A stretch of DNA of 64,000 nucleotides from Tubulanus polymorphus (Eukaryota; Animalia; Nemertea): assembly GCF_964204645.1 (NCBI RefSeq), contig NC_134033.1, forward strand, positions 15,632,655 to 15,696,654, written 5' to 3'. The notes under the pieces are model-generated. The model was not told where the DNA came from, searched no databases, and saw nothing but the letters and a program-made list of their open reading frames with translations. Shown here in pieces: positions 14,601 to 26,317 of this stretch. Numbering within the stretch: position 1 is the stretch's first letter; each line of letters begins with the position of its first letter. Position numbers and translations under genes: made by a program.

Positions 14601-17600
14601 CTTGTCCCGGGTGATCGGACGAGTGCTTAGATCGGACCCCGCCTTCGAAAGTTCGATTATAAAAAATAGAATATGAATTTGCGGTACCGGAAAAAGATTC
14701 TCCTCTTTCCGATTAGACCTTACTTTATGTTTTGGTCATGATGTGCAGAATATTCAAGAACCATATCTTCACTTGGAATTGCCTTTTCTCTTTATTGCGC
14801 AATTGTTGCCATTTTCAGTTCAAATTGTCCTCTTTGTAAATACTCTTGAAATGCTGAAAAAATGTCGCTCTTGCTTTTAAATCGGCTACATATTTCATCC
14901 TACCTATCGAAATGTAGCTCTAGGGTCCAGTTGCGCGGTCTCATGTCAAAACATGGCCTTAAGACATGTCCGATTGACTATATAGAACCCAAATGGCTAT
15001 TTATTGGTCTTAGGCCGGTCCTAAATCAAAACCACGACTGCAACTGGGCCTCGAGTTTACTGTTATTCTATGAGTTCTATTTCTATTACGCAATTCGTCG
15101 AAATCCATGGATCAATTTACGATAAGATATATACATGTTTTGGACTGGTTCCTTTAGCTCCCCCTCTGTTTAAAAAAGATTTCAAGCATATTTGATGAAT
15201 GTTAAAACTAACAAATGTTACCTTACGATATTATCTATCCTTTGCCGCCTGGACCTGTTTGTTTGTTTGTTTATTTCCCCCACCTCTGTGTCTGTCTCTC
15301 TGCGAGCAAGTGTTTCCTATCTTTTTGGACATTTGTTGCGTTGCTAGCGCCATCTTTCTTTAATTACAGGAAGCTCCTAACACGCGGACTACCGCTGCGC
15401 CGCCTATTACTCATATGTTATATCCGTATTGTCTACCGGCGGTGGAGACGTTCTACGAACTGGTAGCGCCGCCCGGTGGTGAAAATAACAATCGCGAAAA
15501 CGACGACGAAAACGCCGCCGTCGCCGCAGAAAGACTAGAATTCTGGGAGAATCGCGAGTACGAGTTTTTCGAGAGTCACTACGTGGAGCCGCCGATGTCT
15601 CAGATCGATATCGACGAACCGCTGCCGGTCATCTTCGACCCGACGCGATTCGAGGACCTCTCGACGGCGAACGAGAAACGCGAACGAGAGGAGAGCAGAC
15701 GGCGCCGCGAGGAGGAGGAGGCAGAGCGAGAACGACGTCGCAAGGAGGAGGAGCAAGAGGAGAGAGAACGGCGTCGCGAGGAGGAGCGAAATAAACAACA
15801 GGACGGAGAAATAGGGAATGGCGATGAAAGGGTTAACGTCGACCGCGACAATAATAACGAAAATACGCAGAATCAAAAGCAGCCAGTATTAAACAATGAT
15901 CGATCAGTATTAACTACGAACGCTCAAAGTGACGTCGAATCGACCGACGACATTCCCGTTATTATCAGCTGCACGGTGGCGCCACCTGCCGCTGACCGCT
16001 ATAATTACTGCCCTTTTAATCGTAACTCGGATGAACCGTGCACGTGTAGTTATCGTAGCAACAACAATCACCGCGTTGTTGCCGAGGTATGTTGCTAAGT
16101 ATCACCCCGCTGCTGTTGCTGCTGCTGCTGCTGTTGTTGACGTTTGCTACGATTGTTGCCGCTTATACGCTTTGTTACCATAGCAACTGATTAGCGCATG
16201 CCGCTGCATTAACACTAACGATACGTTAATCATAAATTTTTCGCTCGTTTTGAAATTTTTCAAGATTTCGTCGTTTTTTCTTTTTTTTTTTCGAGCAATT
16301 TTTGGGCGAACCGTTTTTTATACTCGGGCATTTTTAAGGTCGTAGGAAAACGAATCACTGACGTTAGGTCGTCGTAGTTACTATTCTAGTAAGCGAGTAG
16401 TTTAATGGTAGGCGGCTTTCCGGCGTTTAGATCTCGAGGTTGTAATTTATAGAGTTTAAGGTCGAGGTCGTGAGCTGATCGGCGTGACCTCGACCTTGAA
16501 CTTGTCACTTATTTATCTTATATCGTTGTTTGTACGAATGAAAGCGGTCCTCGATTCATGGCTAATTTATTTCGACCGTTCTGGACAAAAGTTTTACGAA
16601 AAACAACATTTTATATAGCGGTATTCGGATATGACTGATTGCACTAGTTGTTGACTGATCGCACGAGAAATAACTAGTTAACCGACCGCACCGGTTCTAT
16701 GTATGCATGCGTCTTCATAATGATTAACCTCGATGATATTATCGCACTAATCATCGAAGCACTTGATTTTTTTAACTCAAATCACTGTTAAACAAAAAAT
16801 GCAATTAAAACTGATTTAGACGGGTTGATTAAGAGGTTTGTTAATGCGTTTGTTTGGGAGTTTTCTCGAGGCCTGATGAAAATCCCATATCTACGATTGA
16901 CAAACGTATTTATACGATCTATTCAAATTCTAAAAACAAATTTCATCTCGGTTTTTTCAATCATTAAATGATCGATGTTTAATCGATAGTTTTTGCCAGG
17001 GGGATGTGATTTTTCAGCTGATCGGAATTTTCTTTCAGCCTTTCATTGCAGACGTCGGAAATGTGATCTGAAAACTAGGCAAGCTCTCTACGGCAGACGT
17101 ACAAAATGGAAATTTCGACGAGTTTCATTTTCATCGACGCAGGGTTAATTTAATTTTCAGGTTCCCTACGACTCCTTGATTCCTTAAAAATCTTTCTAAA
17201 CCTTAGAAGTTCTTGAAACTGCTTCAATTTGAAAAAAATGTCTGAAACTCCTCCACTTTTGAGAAATAGGCAATTAGGAAATTTTATGTAATAGTTTGTA
17301 GACTACCCCTATATTGGTACAGTTGGGACTAGGATTTATCCAATTAGGCGGTTACTGAATTAGAAACTGAGTTTAGTGGTGTAAAGGATAAAAATCTGCT
17401 TACAAATCCACTGAAAAAATGGTTTACTGAGATAAACAGTACCGATTTAGGAGGAGTCAACAGTAATTGGGATAGTGATGCGGGCACTTCCTCAAAAACT
17501 CCTTAAGGTGTGACTGATCTGTACGGACCCTGAGTCTATAATCCAACCACTCATTATTGCCTCAACCCAGCAGTGCGATGTATGCTAATTGTTAGATTGT

Positions 17601-18441
17601 TTAAATCTGTATGGAAAGATGGCAGCACCAGTTGAACAATGTGAAAATTAGTAACTGACAATGCACTGCACCGCTGGGTAAATTCAATGTATCCCTTATA
17701 CATCGAACTGTAGTGATTGATCTATAGGGACCCTGATACATCGCACTGCGGGGTAAATACAATATAGTGGTATGTCCCTTATACACCGCATTGTAGCGAT
17801 TGATCTGTAGGGACCCTGATACACCGCACTGCAGGGTTAATGCAATATAGTGGTATGTCCCTTATACACCGCACTGCAGTGATTGATCGGTAGGGACCCT
17901 GATTCACCGCACTGCGGGGTAAATGCAATATAGGGGTAGTAATGTTCATTATACACCGCACTATAGTGATCGATCTGTAGGGACCCTGATTCATCGCACT
18001 GCGGGGTAAATGCAATATAGTGGTATGTCCCTTATACACCGACTGCACTGTAGCGATTGATCTGTAGGGACCCTGATTTTTTGCGTGTAAAAATCTTCCT
18101 CTCTTTTTACGTTCCGCTCTTTTTTCCAGCACGGTTTGATCGGACAGCTGGCGAGTCTGACCCTGGCGAGCGAGCACCGAGAACACGCCGAGAACCCGTA
18201 CGGCAACGAGCGCGAGTGGCAGTACGCGTGGGAACGCGGCCAGATCGACTACATGGGCTGCGACGCTTTCGACCACATTCAACGCAAAATACAAGAAACG
18301 CTGCACGCGACAAAGCAGACGGCGAAACCGGGCGGCGCCAAGAAACCGGCGAGCGGCGGCGCGAAACCGAAAACGACGACGACGCCTCCGCCGCCGAAAG
18401 CAAAATCACCTCCAAAACAGAAATCAGTTTCGAAAAGTTAA
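347..18441 (+). CDS. GYG1: Glycogenin (GT8 self-glucosylating initiator of glycogen synthesis), multi-exon
   Basis: Exons 347..362 (MASRQ, AAAATGG context, G|GTCAGT donor), 6557..6698 ([11 protein letters not shown]..), 7426..7600 ([24 protein letters not shown], DxD motif), 8139..8301 ([21 protein letters not shown]), 8762..8888 (GDQGLLN..YSYLPAF, autoglucosylated Tyr region), 9584..9764 (HFIGAVKPW) and 18130..18441 ([21 protein letters not shown], glycogen-synthase-binding motif). All phases join: 371 aa. Optional exons 10450..10467 and 15370..16086 give 616 aa. Exon 1 is less certain than the rest. Confidence 0.95.
1669..1925. mobile_element. MITE with CAGGGTCCGATCTAA termini (second copy at 14381..14641)
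   Basis: TIR CAGGGTCCGATCTAA / TTAGATCGCACCCTG; internal sequence is colinear with 14381..14641. Confidence 0.85.
2612..2692. repeat. (GA)n microsatellite
   Basis: About 40 GA dinucleotides. Confidence 0.99.
2905..3800. repeat. 39-bp minisatellite, about 23 copies
   Basis: Unit approx. GACTCTGAACCCAGTTCCACAGTTGTGTGGATTTGATTT; gives 13-aa periodic ORFs on both strands. Confidence 0.97.
7010..7235. mobile_element. Cluster of about 135-bp MITEs (CTTAAGACCAGTCT-type interior)
   Basis: GGCCAGTTGTATAGTCATGACTTA ... TAAGTCACGACTGTGCAACCGGGCC; related copies at 8360..8705, 14923..15050, 20401..20513 and 25580..25690. Confidence 0.85.
7705..7833. mobile_element. 129-bp PIF/Harbinger-type MITE with CTG target-site duplication
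   Basis: TIR GGGCCAGTTGCTCAAA / TTTGAGCAACTGGCCC, flanked by CTG on both sides; an empty-site paralogue lies at about 7962..7990. Related copies at 9930..10172. Confidence 0.88.
10450..10467 (+). CDS. Putative 18-nt alternative microexon of glycogenin (LENVIQ)
   Basis: Long polypyrimidine tract + TAG acceptor, TTGGAGAACGTAATACAG, then CAG|GTAAAT donor. Phase 0/0 matches the flanking exons. Confidence 0.6.
11696..11770. mobile_element. Short inverted-repeat element
   Basis: GGGGACATCCGTAA ... TTACGGATGTCCCC perfect arms around a spacer of about 45 bp. Confidence 0.6.
14195..14361. mobile_element. Tc1/mariner-like MITE (second copy about 18580..18858 carries a nested MITE)
   Basis: TA|CAGCGGAACTTCGTTACAACGAAC ... 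GTTCGCTGTAACGAGGTTCCACTG|TA. Confidence 0.8.
14381..14641. mobile_element. MITE, same family as 1669..1925
   Basis: CAGGGTCCGATCTAA ... TTAGATCGGACCC with homologous interior. Confidence 0.85.
15370..16086 (+). CDS. Putative 717-nt alternative cassette exon of glycogenin (acidic, E/R-rich helix)
   Basis: TTACAG acceptor, open 239 codons in frame with ORF 15415..16098, GAG|GTATGT donor, phase 0/0, GC-rich codon-like composition. Confidence 0.75.
17690..18077. repeat. About 84-bp tandem repeat, about 4.5 copies
   Basis: CTTATACACCGCACT..GATCTGTAGGGACCCTGAT..GGTAAATGCAATATAG recurs at about 17693, 17777, 17859, 17946 and 18029. Confidence 0.93.
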
Positions 18442-18722
18442 TCGCTTAAAATTAGGTTAATCGTTGATTAATTAGTTACCAGAAATCAGAAGTTTCAGAA
18501 AGTCTCGGTCTCAAAGTTCTTAATTTTTTCGCGGCGAAATCAATCGTCATATGAAACGGCGCGAAAATATCCATCTATAAGTGGAACCTCGTTACGACGA
18601 TTTAGAACGATTTATCGGTTATTTTACAAACCTAGAATTTCGTCCCGAATCTAGGACGATATCGGTAATATGGCAAAAACGAACCATCAGTTATAACGAA
18701 CTGATTTTCCGGTGCTCCGCAG

Positions 18723-18832
18723 GGTCCAGTTCCACATTTCTGAGTTAATATTTAACTCTGAGTTAAATCGCTGAAAATGAACTAACTTTAGCTCAAGAGT
18801 TAAACCCTAACTCACAACTGTGGAACTGGGTC
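18723..18832. mobile_element. 110-bp PIF/Harbinger-type MITE with CAG TSD, nested in a Tc1-like MITE
   Basis: CAG|GGTCCAGTTCCACA ... TGTGGAACTGGGTC|CAG; related sequence at 11366..11585 and 24320..24450. Confidence 0.85.
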
Positions 18833-21079
18833 CAGCTCGTTGTAACGAGGTTCCGCTATATTTCTCTTTTTTCTTCGTAAGAAATGAATATCGATATTTT
18901 TCGACCACCCATACGACGATTGTGGCTCAGTGATATTATAGGTGGCGCCATCGGTGTGTGAATATATAGGCATGAGTGTGATTTAGTTTGAAATCGGGAA
19001 TCGAATCCCCGAGATACGTAGCGAGTATTTAAATATTATTTATTTATCGTAAAAGTGCTTTTTTCTCTTCGTAGACTTCAGAGTGAAATTTTGCGTCGGA
19101 TGAAATGCGTAGATTTACGCAGGTTTTCGATTGAACGTATTCCGGTTCCGGGATTACGAGCTCTCGGTCAGGTTTAACAGATTACAAATATCTACCGGCC
19201 GCTTCTATCAGGTTTACAGATTACACTTTTCCGGAATAGGTAGAGCATTATCTGGTCGAAACGAACACACCAGGAGAGAATTCCGAAATCATTAGAGACA
19301 AATCGAAACCCGTCAAACTCCCTACCGGCCAATTCTATCACTGTTACAGCTAAAACTAACCCGGAATAGGTAGACGGTATTCTGGTCGAAACAAACGCGC
19401 CAAAAGAGAATTCCGGCATCGGAACCAATCGAAACCTGAGTTAGTTAGTTTTGATGAGTAGCAATTAGATTTAGGATGTTTGATTAATCGGTATAGCCTG
19501 TCGCAGGCCGCTTTAATAAAATAAACCCGAAACAAGAAACTTCGTTTCTTGTTTCGGCGCAAATGTCCACACTCACGAAACAAGTCAGAAAACGTTTCAT
19601 GTTTATATCTAGCTGTCTGCGTTAGGCTTACTTTATTAATTGACTTTCATTTCATTAGAAACCTGTATCATACTGTATATATAATATAGAAGAGTTGAAG
19701 AATATTTAACTAATATTCAAGAAAAGATTATCGGAAATCCGTATCTCTAACTATGATTGTTAATATATAGTTGAACTCTCGTGTTGCTAAGCAACCGAAC
19801 AATGGTAAACTGCTCGTTAGTTAGTCTCGTGAAAAGAAAAAAAAGTTATCGGAAATTTGTCGAATAATGAAAAAAATGTGTATTTTTGTACAAATACATG
19901 TTTGTACGTATATTGTCTGTCTGTGCGTCGTTGCCAGTTGTCTCCAGTAGGTGGCGTGCACTCTCTCTCTATCCCTCCTCTCATGGGGGAGTTATTACAT
20001 GCATGTTAGTTCAGAGTAAATGTAGCTGATCATTACGACAAATCATTCTCTATTTATTAAGATGTAGAAACGAGTTCGTTCAAAGTTATCCTCATTTTTA
20101 GGCGATTTCTGTTGTTTTCTACTGAATTAGGTTTCAATGTACAGCCTGGAGCCACCCCCTCAGCTTGGAGCCACTCAATTTAGATGTTCGCTATTGTAGT
20201 GTAAAATCTTGATCACTTTTTTAAAGGGTGCTCAGGGGCTGATCAGGGACATGTGAGACTTGTGCAAGTCCATCTAATATTTGTCAACAAACCAAAAATT
20301 AATGCATTTCAGTATAAGAGTAATATTGCCTTTTTGGACATCGCAGTGCCCTTTTGCTATGTGACAATTCCTTCAAAATTGGCCTCTGGAACTGCCCCTG
20401 GGGCTGTTTGCATAGTCATGGCTTAGACTTAAGACCAGTCTAAGACCAACTTAGTTCTAAAGTCAATCTAACCACTTTTGGACTTTTGGAGGTCACGACT
20501 ATGCAACTGGCTCCCTGGTGCTAAAATGTCTATTGTCAGGGGTTTGTGGATGTAGTTCTAATGATTATGAAAAGTTCATTTTCCTAGTCTAGATCGTATG
20601 AATTGAATGAATGTCTCAAGACTTGCTGGTTCCAGGCTACACATTGATATAGTGCATTCATGAGTTATGAGTTTCTAGCAAGCCGTCTACAAAATACACT
20701 CGCCTTAGATTTGTAAATTCATTGAGAATTCACTCTTCCCAGAGTTTACGTATATATTTCCTTTGATCTTTCGCTTTTGATTTGTTTTAGATGAAAAATG
20801 GCTTATCGTATTTACAAATCATGTTCATAAATTCCGATAAAATCTTCCAGCTAAGCAATAGATGTCGGCCTCTATAAATCCCCTTATGACATCATCGTCA
20901 TCTACGCTAAAAACGTGCCATACTAATGACTACGCTCTAATATATTGTAAAAACGAATATCTCTATGTGCTCGATTGTTATCGGATTATAATAGTATCGA
21001 TGTTATATTGTTATTTCTCCACAAAAATGTGCTATTTATGAAAGTTGTTGATGAGTGCGTGCGAAGTTCCGGTTCCGTA

Positions 21080-21386
21080 GGCGGTGACGTGCGAGAGTCC
21101 TATTTTAAGCTGAAATGAACTGAGAACTGACTCCGCGGAGTCACGGTGACGCACGAGAGTCCTATTTCAGCCCGAAATGAACTGATAAATGACTCTGCGT
21201 CACGGTGATGCGCCTGAGTCATATTTCAGCCCGAAATGAACTGATAAATGACTGCATCGCGGTGACGCGCGTGAGCCATATTTCAGCCCGAAATGACCTG
21301 ATAAATGACTCTGCATCGCGGTGACGCGCGCGAGTCATATTTCAGCCCGAAATGAACTGATAAATGACTCCGCGCGGAGTCACCGA
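21080..21386. repeat. About 59-bp structured tandem repeat, 5 copies
   Basis: GGTGACGCGC..GAGTCATATTTCAGCCCGAAATGAACTGATAAATGACTC repeated. Confidence 0.93.
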
Positions 21387-21840
21387 CTGCTTAGTTGGAA
21401 CTGGTTCCCGAAAGCGTCGGTTTCTTCATCTTAATCTAATGTTCAGTATCGAATATGTGTTTGACATTTTCTACGCTTTAAAATAATGCGGTTTACTCCA
21501 CGAGTCACGGGATTCTGGTAACATCTGTGTTTAATTCGCGAAAAAAATGGCAATTAATCGAAGCAATTTGAGTTTTATATTTTTGTACGAGTGTGTTTTA
21601 TGTCCTCGTGAAATTGTGTCATCAACTCCCAACTCGGCCGGGTCTGTCCAGTTTGAGACATTCACGCACTTTAATTATTTTAAGAGGTCAAACTGGGCCG
21701 TATTCGGTTTTCGTATCTAGTCGACTAGTGGTCGCAACTAATAACCGAATGCACTTAATTCGATAGTTCCGACTAACTGACATTCGGTTTCACTTGGTCC
21801 GACTATTGTCGACTAACTCCGATAACCGAAGTTCGTCCTG

Positions 21841-21969
21841 GGCCCAGTTTCACAAAAAAGTTAAACTCAAATATTTGGTGTAATCGCCATTGGTTACTTC
21901 ATGTTTTCAACGAGGACAACAATTCAAACTTAACCGATTTAAGCTTAAACTTTTTCGTGAAACCGGGCC
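21841..21969. mobile_element. MITE (further copies at 54290..54410 and 59502..59622)
   Basis: TIR GGCCCAGTTTCAC / GTGAAACCGGGCC; near-identical interior in intron 7 of SLC22 copies 3 and 4. Confidence 0.85.
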
Positions 21970-24006
21970 CAGGTGGTAAATCCAATATTTGTAGAACCTG
22001 CGTTTGTAACAAAGCCAATTGTCAAGGAAATGTCTCGGATTATCAGAGTTACTGCCCCCACGATTCCTTTCTTAGGAGTCAATAAATTCTGGTCCCAGGA
22101 GATGGGAGGTAAGCGCAGAATATTGATCGATCGTCAATCGTTCGGTACTGTACTAATTGTGTATTACGTTGTTGAAACCTACGCTGGGAAGTGAGTGTGT
22201 GATTTCATTTATCATTTCGTTGATATCTGCAGCCTCGTAGCAGCGCTGTCAGGATGTTGATATTTCTGCTTCATAGCCCGTCTATCACAACACTCTTCTA
22301 TTTCTTGTTAAGTGTGTGACATCATTTTTCAAAGTCCTGTCTCGTCGAAGTTTTGAAAAGATGTCCGCCCGAATCTGTTAATCCGTAGCGCGCCATTCTC
22401 AATAAATATAAACTCGAAAAAAAAATTACAAAATTGTTTTTGTAAAAAAGGTGATTTTGTTCGTAGGGAGGTTTTGTATAAGGTCGAGGTCGTGTGGCCT
22501 ATAAATACTGGATCCAATTTCATAGTTGTTTGTTAAGATTTGACTTTTTTGAAATAAATTAGGGGATAATTTTAAGTTGCCTTCGCAGTCAAGTTTTTGT
22601 TTACAATCTTGGACAAATTGGGTCCAGAGAATTATTGTAATTTGTTGCAAGTGAAATGATTTTCTTTGATACGGAAACTACTTATATTTAAAAAAATACA
22701 ACCCCGTGTGGTAGAAATGATTAAATTCATTTAAAGCGAACAAGGTTTTGAAAACGCATGGAACTTGTAACTTGGACTGTTAGCAATAAAAATATGACGA
22801 TAAATTTTACGCTTCAGTAAAACGAAACATTTTGTTGTTCATCTTGTTTTGTCGTTCGGAGTGCCGGGAGTTTCGGATCATCTCAAACTAGTCCAAAAAT
22901 CCCCCGGCAGACATTTTTTGGCAATTAGTTTAGGGTAGCCACGCTTGGTGGCAGCACGTGATGGTACCCTAGCGGAAGTAGTTCGTCGCGTAAAACGTTG
23001 CGGGGGCCGGAGCGGGGCATAAATCTATCGGATCTCGATAAATCGAAGGTTTGATAACTTAGTTTCAGGTAGAAAGATAAGACCTAATCCTGAATTGCAA
23101 TAAACTGGTCACCAAATCGTCATCAAGCTGAATAATGTATTGTTCTTTATTCAGTTGCCTAGAATCAAATAAATATTTCAGGATCTGAAGAAGCGAAAGG
23201 CTACTTCCGATATATATTTTTGTAAGACAACAGGCGTCGGTTCAAATAGTTTAATCGCAAAAATAATAATTTCCGCCCACTGTCTTTGCGGAATTCATCC
23301 CGCCCACTGGTTTAGCGTAGCGGGTTCATTGCCGTAAATATACATGTATCAAAGCAACCATGTGCACAATTCCCCCCCCCCCCCTGGACAACACGGGATG
23401 CACAAAGTCTCTGACATTGAAGATAACCACAAAGTGCTGGGTGGTGAAAACTACATGCACAATGAAAGTTTAGCGGATTTAACAACATGCAAAACACACC
23501 ACCTTAAAAACTAAGCTGCATAATATGTAAATATGGCGAGAACAATTATGTCTATGAAACCAAACAATTAATAATTTTAACAAGGTGATCTTTCACCCAG
23601 CACTGGCAGTGGTTGTCTCCACCAGTGATCTCCGTCGCTCTACGATCCTAGTGAAACCAACTGTGGTACATCAGACACTAAGATTCTTAGTGAAGGTGAT
23701 CTACAAGGTAAGGAGGAAACTCATTTTACATCTTTGAAGACTAACCATCACCATAATTGCCCGGCGGAATGCACGTGACAAACTGAAACAATAATCTTCT
23801 CTGACAGAAACAAGCAGATCGTCTTGACACAAACAAATAGCCACATTTCGTTCCAACACACCTGCGTCGTGTAGGCTACACGAAAACTCAAGTAACCATA
23901 AATATCTGTTCGATTTGATGATCATCTGACAGTCAAATAGTTTAAAGTATTGTTTAGTGTGGGCTCATGTGGCAACAGTTGCAATCTACCCGACGCAGGT
24001 GTCCCT

Positions 24007-24066
24007 TATAAATACGCCTGCACGCCGTCAGAACCGTTACTCTTATCTTGTCTTCAGCACAAAAAG
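24007..24066 (+). promoter_or_regulatory. TATA box and non-coding first exon of the Gly/Asn/Tyr-rich gene
   Basis: TATAAAT at about 24007, followed by a short leader ending AAG|GTAAGT at 24066. Confidence 0.65.
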
Positions 24067-24525
24067 GTAAGTGGGGCATATAGAAGATGATTTCGGTAAT
24101 TTTGGGTAAATTCTGAGCTGTTATTTAGGCCTTAGTTGCGAATTACATTTGACTCCAGGCTCGAGGAGCCACTTTATGTTGTGAGAATGGCCCGAGTTGT
24201 TTTCGTTTTGGATCAAATTTAAAAAAAAACATCGGAACTGGAATTGAGCTTATCGACAGTTTATTTACTTTGACCCAAGGATCCAGTTCAAAATTCCGAG
24301 TAAAACCTTCTTACATACCAGGATCCAGTTCCACAGATGTGAGTTAGAATTAACTTTCGAGTTATATAATCCGTTTGATATTCTCAATGAGTTAACTCCG
24401 AGTCAAATCTTAGCGGTAGAACTGGATCCAGAACTGTGGAACTGGGTCCCAGTCAGCAACTCCCAACTGCACAACTGCAAGAGCCTTATACAATATCCCA
24501 ACGTATCCTTACAGACGAATCGAAG

Positions 24526-26317
24526 ATGATGAAATTTGTGATTTTATCGGTAGCTTTAGTCGCATGCGTCAGCGGCATGGGTAAGTCGAGAGTTCAAGTT
24601 AGAATTTAAGTTCATTTCATGAGCATAATATATTTAAAAGAAAACATAGATACCAAGCACACAAATACAAAAGAGAAAGTTACATTACAATCATTACAAT
24701 CCGACTAAACAACCGTTTAGTAAAGTTCAAAATCAAGGTTACATCATGAGCGAAATACAGGGAAACTTCGTTAAAGTGCAAATCTTGTGGGCAAGATTGA
24801 AATTATCCAGCAGGCCTGTATTTAGAGGGGTCGGGGGTCCGAACGAACCCCTTCCCCCGCCCGTTCCCCCCAGATGCCGACCTCAAGAAAATTTGAGCAT
24901 CGATTTCAACACAATCACTCATCGGTAACACTTTTTAATTCGTTTTCATTCGAAATATGCACATGCTTCCGAACTTACTTGATTTTTATTGGAAAAAGAT
25001 TGTAGGAAAAAGAAGCAAAATCGCTTTACTACTGAAATCTTCTGCGCGACTACTTCCAGACACAACATTTGCGTGCTTGTGGATCCCATCTTACAAAAAG
25101 TTCCACTTTCGAGAAAAAAGTTCCACTTCCATGCAAACTTAAAATTCTTGTTGTAAACCAGCATTGATTCGAATGATTTCAGGATTCTGGCGCCCGGGAG
25201 GCGGATACAACGGATTTAACAACTACGGCAACAGTAACTACGGCAACGGCGCCTACGGTGGTTATGGAAACGGATATAATAAAGGATTCGGTAATATGGG
25301 TTATAACCAAGGCAACAACGCTTACGGAGCCAAAGGATACGGCGGCTACAATGGCGTGAACGCAAATCACGGTAAACAAAATATATTCCCGAATAAAAGA
25401 AAAAAAAAATCGAAAACGATTTTGTAGTATCATGCTCACTGATCGGATTAGATACTAGAATCAGAATTTTGGCCATGTACAAACTTTCTCATTTTGGGGC
25501 CTTTCAGTTGCTCAAGTGACACGATGAGTTAGATGAGTTAACCAGTGTGGTTGACATAGAGGCAATTTAAAGTTCATTGTCGAGACCAAAAGTGGTCTTA
25601 AACCTACTGGTCTTAAGTTGTTAGATTTGCTATAGAACTAAGTTTGTCTTAGACCGGTCTTAAGTCTAAGCCCTGTCTATGGAACCGGCCCAGGCCTCTT
25701 AACCAAGAAGTCGTGGGCGATGTAATACACATGCTATGAAGGGTTTGCGGCAGGGTTTGTGTTTGCGTTTGTGTTTGCGTGAGCTTCTCCAGCGGACGGC
25801 AATCATACCCGGGGCAAGCGAAGATGGGAAAAGTGCTAATTGTCTATTGCACGAAATTGTATCATAAAAGCTATACGTAATTCCAATTTCATTTTCTGTT
25901 TCTACAAAAGCTAGCGGAGCCGCTGGAGGAGTTAAGAGCTACGGATCGAAAGGCGGTTACGCTCAAAACGGCGGTTACAGCGGCTTGAACAAGTACAAGC
26001 AAAACCGAGGCCACTTGAAGGCCATCGATCAACGCTGGGACGACAACGCAGGTACCAAGGCTAGCAGCGCCTACGGGGGCGCCACGGGTTACGGGGCCAA
26101 CCAGGCCTACAAAGCCGGAGGCTCTAAATACGGAATGGGCGGTTACGGAGCTCAAAACGGACACGGAGGCTTCCAGAACGGCGCTGCTGGCGGATACAAG
26201 AACGGATTCGGAAACTTCGGTCATGGCAACGGTTTCAATAAAGGTTACGGTGGTTACGGTGGATTTGGTAACAGCGCTTATGGCAACCAAGGAAATAATT
26301 TCGGATATATGGGGTAG
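24526..26317 (+). CDS. Secreted Gly/Asn/Tyr-rich low-complexity structural protein, 216 aa
   Basis: Exons 24526..24580 (signal peptide MMKFVILSVALVACVSG, G|GTAAGT), 25183..25371 and 25911..26317; phases 1/1 join and total 651 nt. GYG/GYN/GFG repeats; AATAAA at about 26580. Confidence 0.88.

Noticed and set aside
21080-21386. Possible hammerhead or CRISPR array
   Set aside because: CTGATAA and GAAA are not arranged as a CUGANGA-stem II-GAAA core, and there are no unique spacers.
25889-26290. Antisense ORFs over GC-rich exons (also 15535..15876, 40075..40455, 47873..48226, 63537..63971)
   Set aside because: Shadow frames of real + strand exons.
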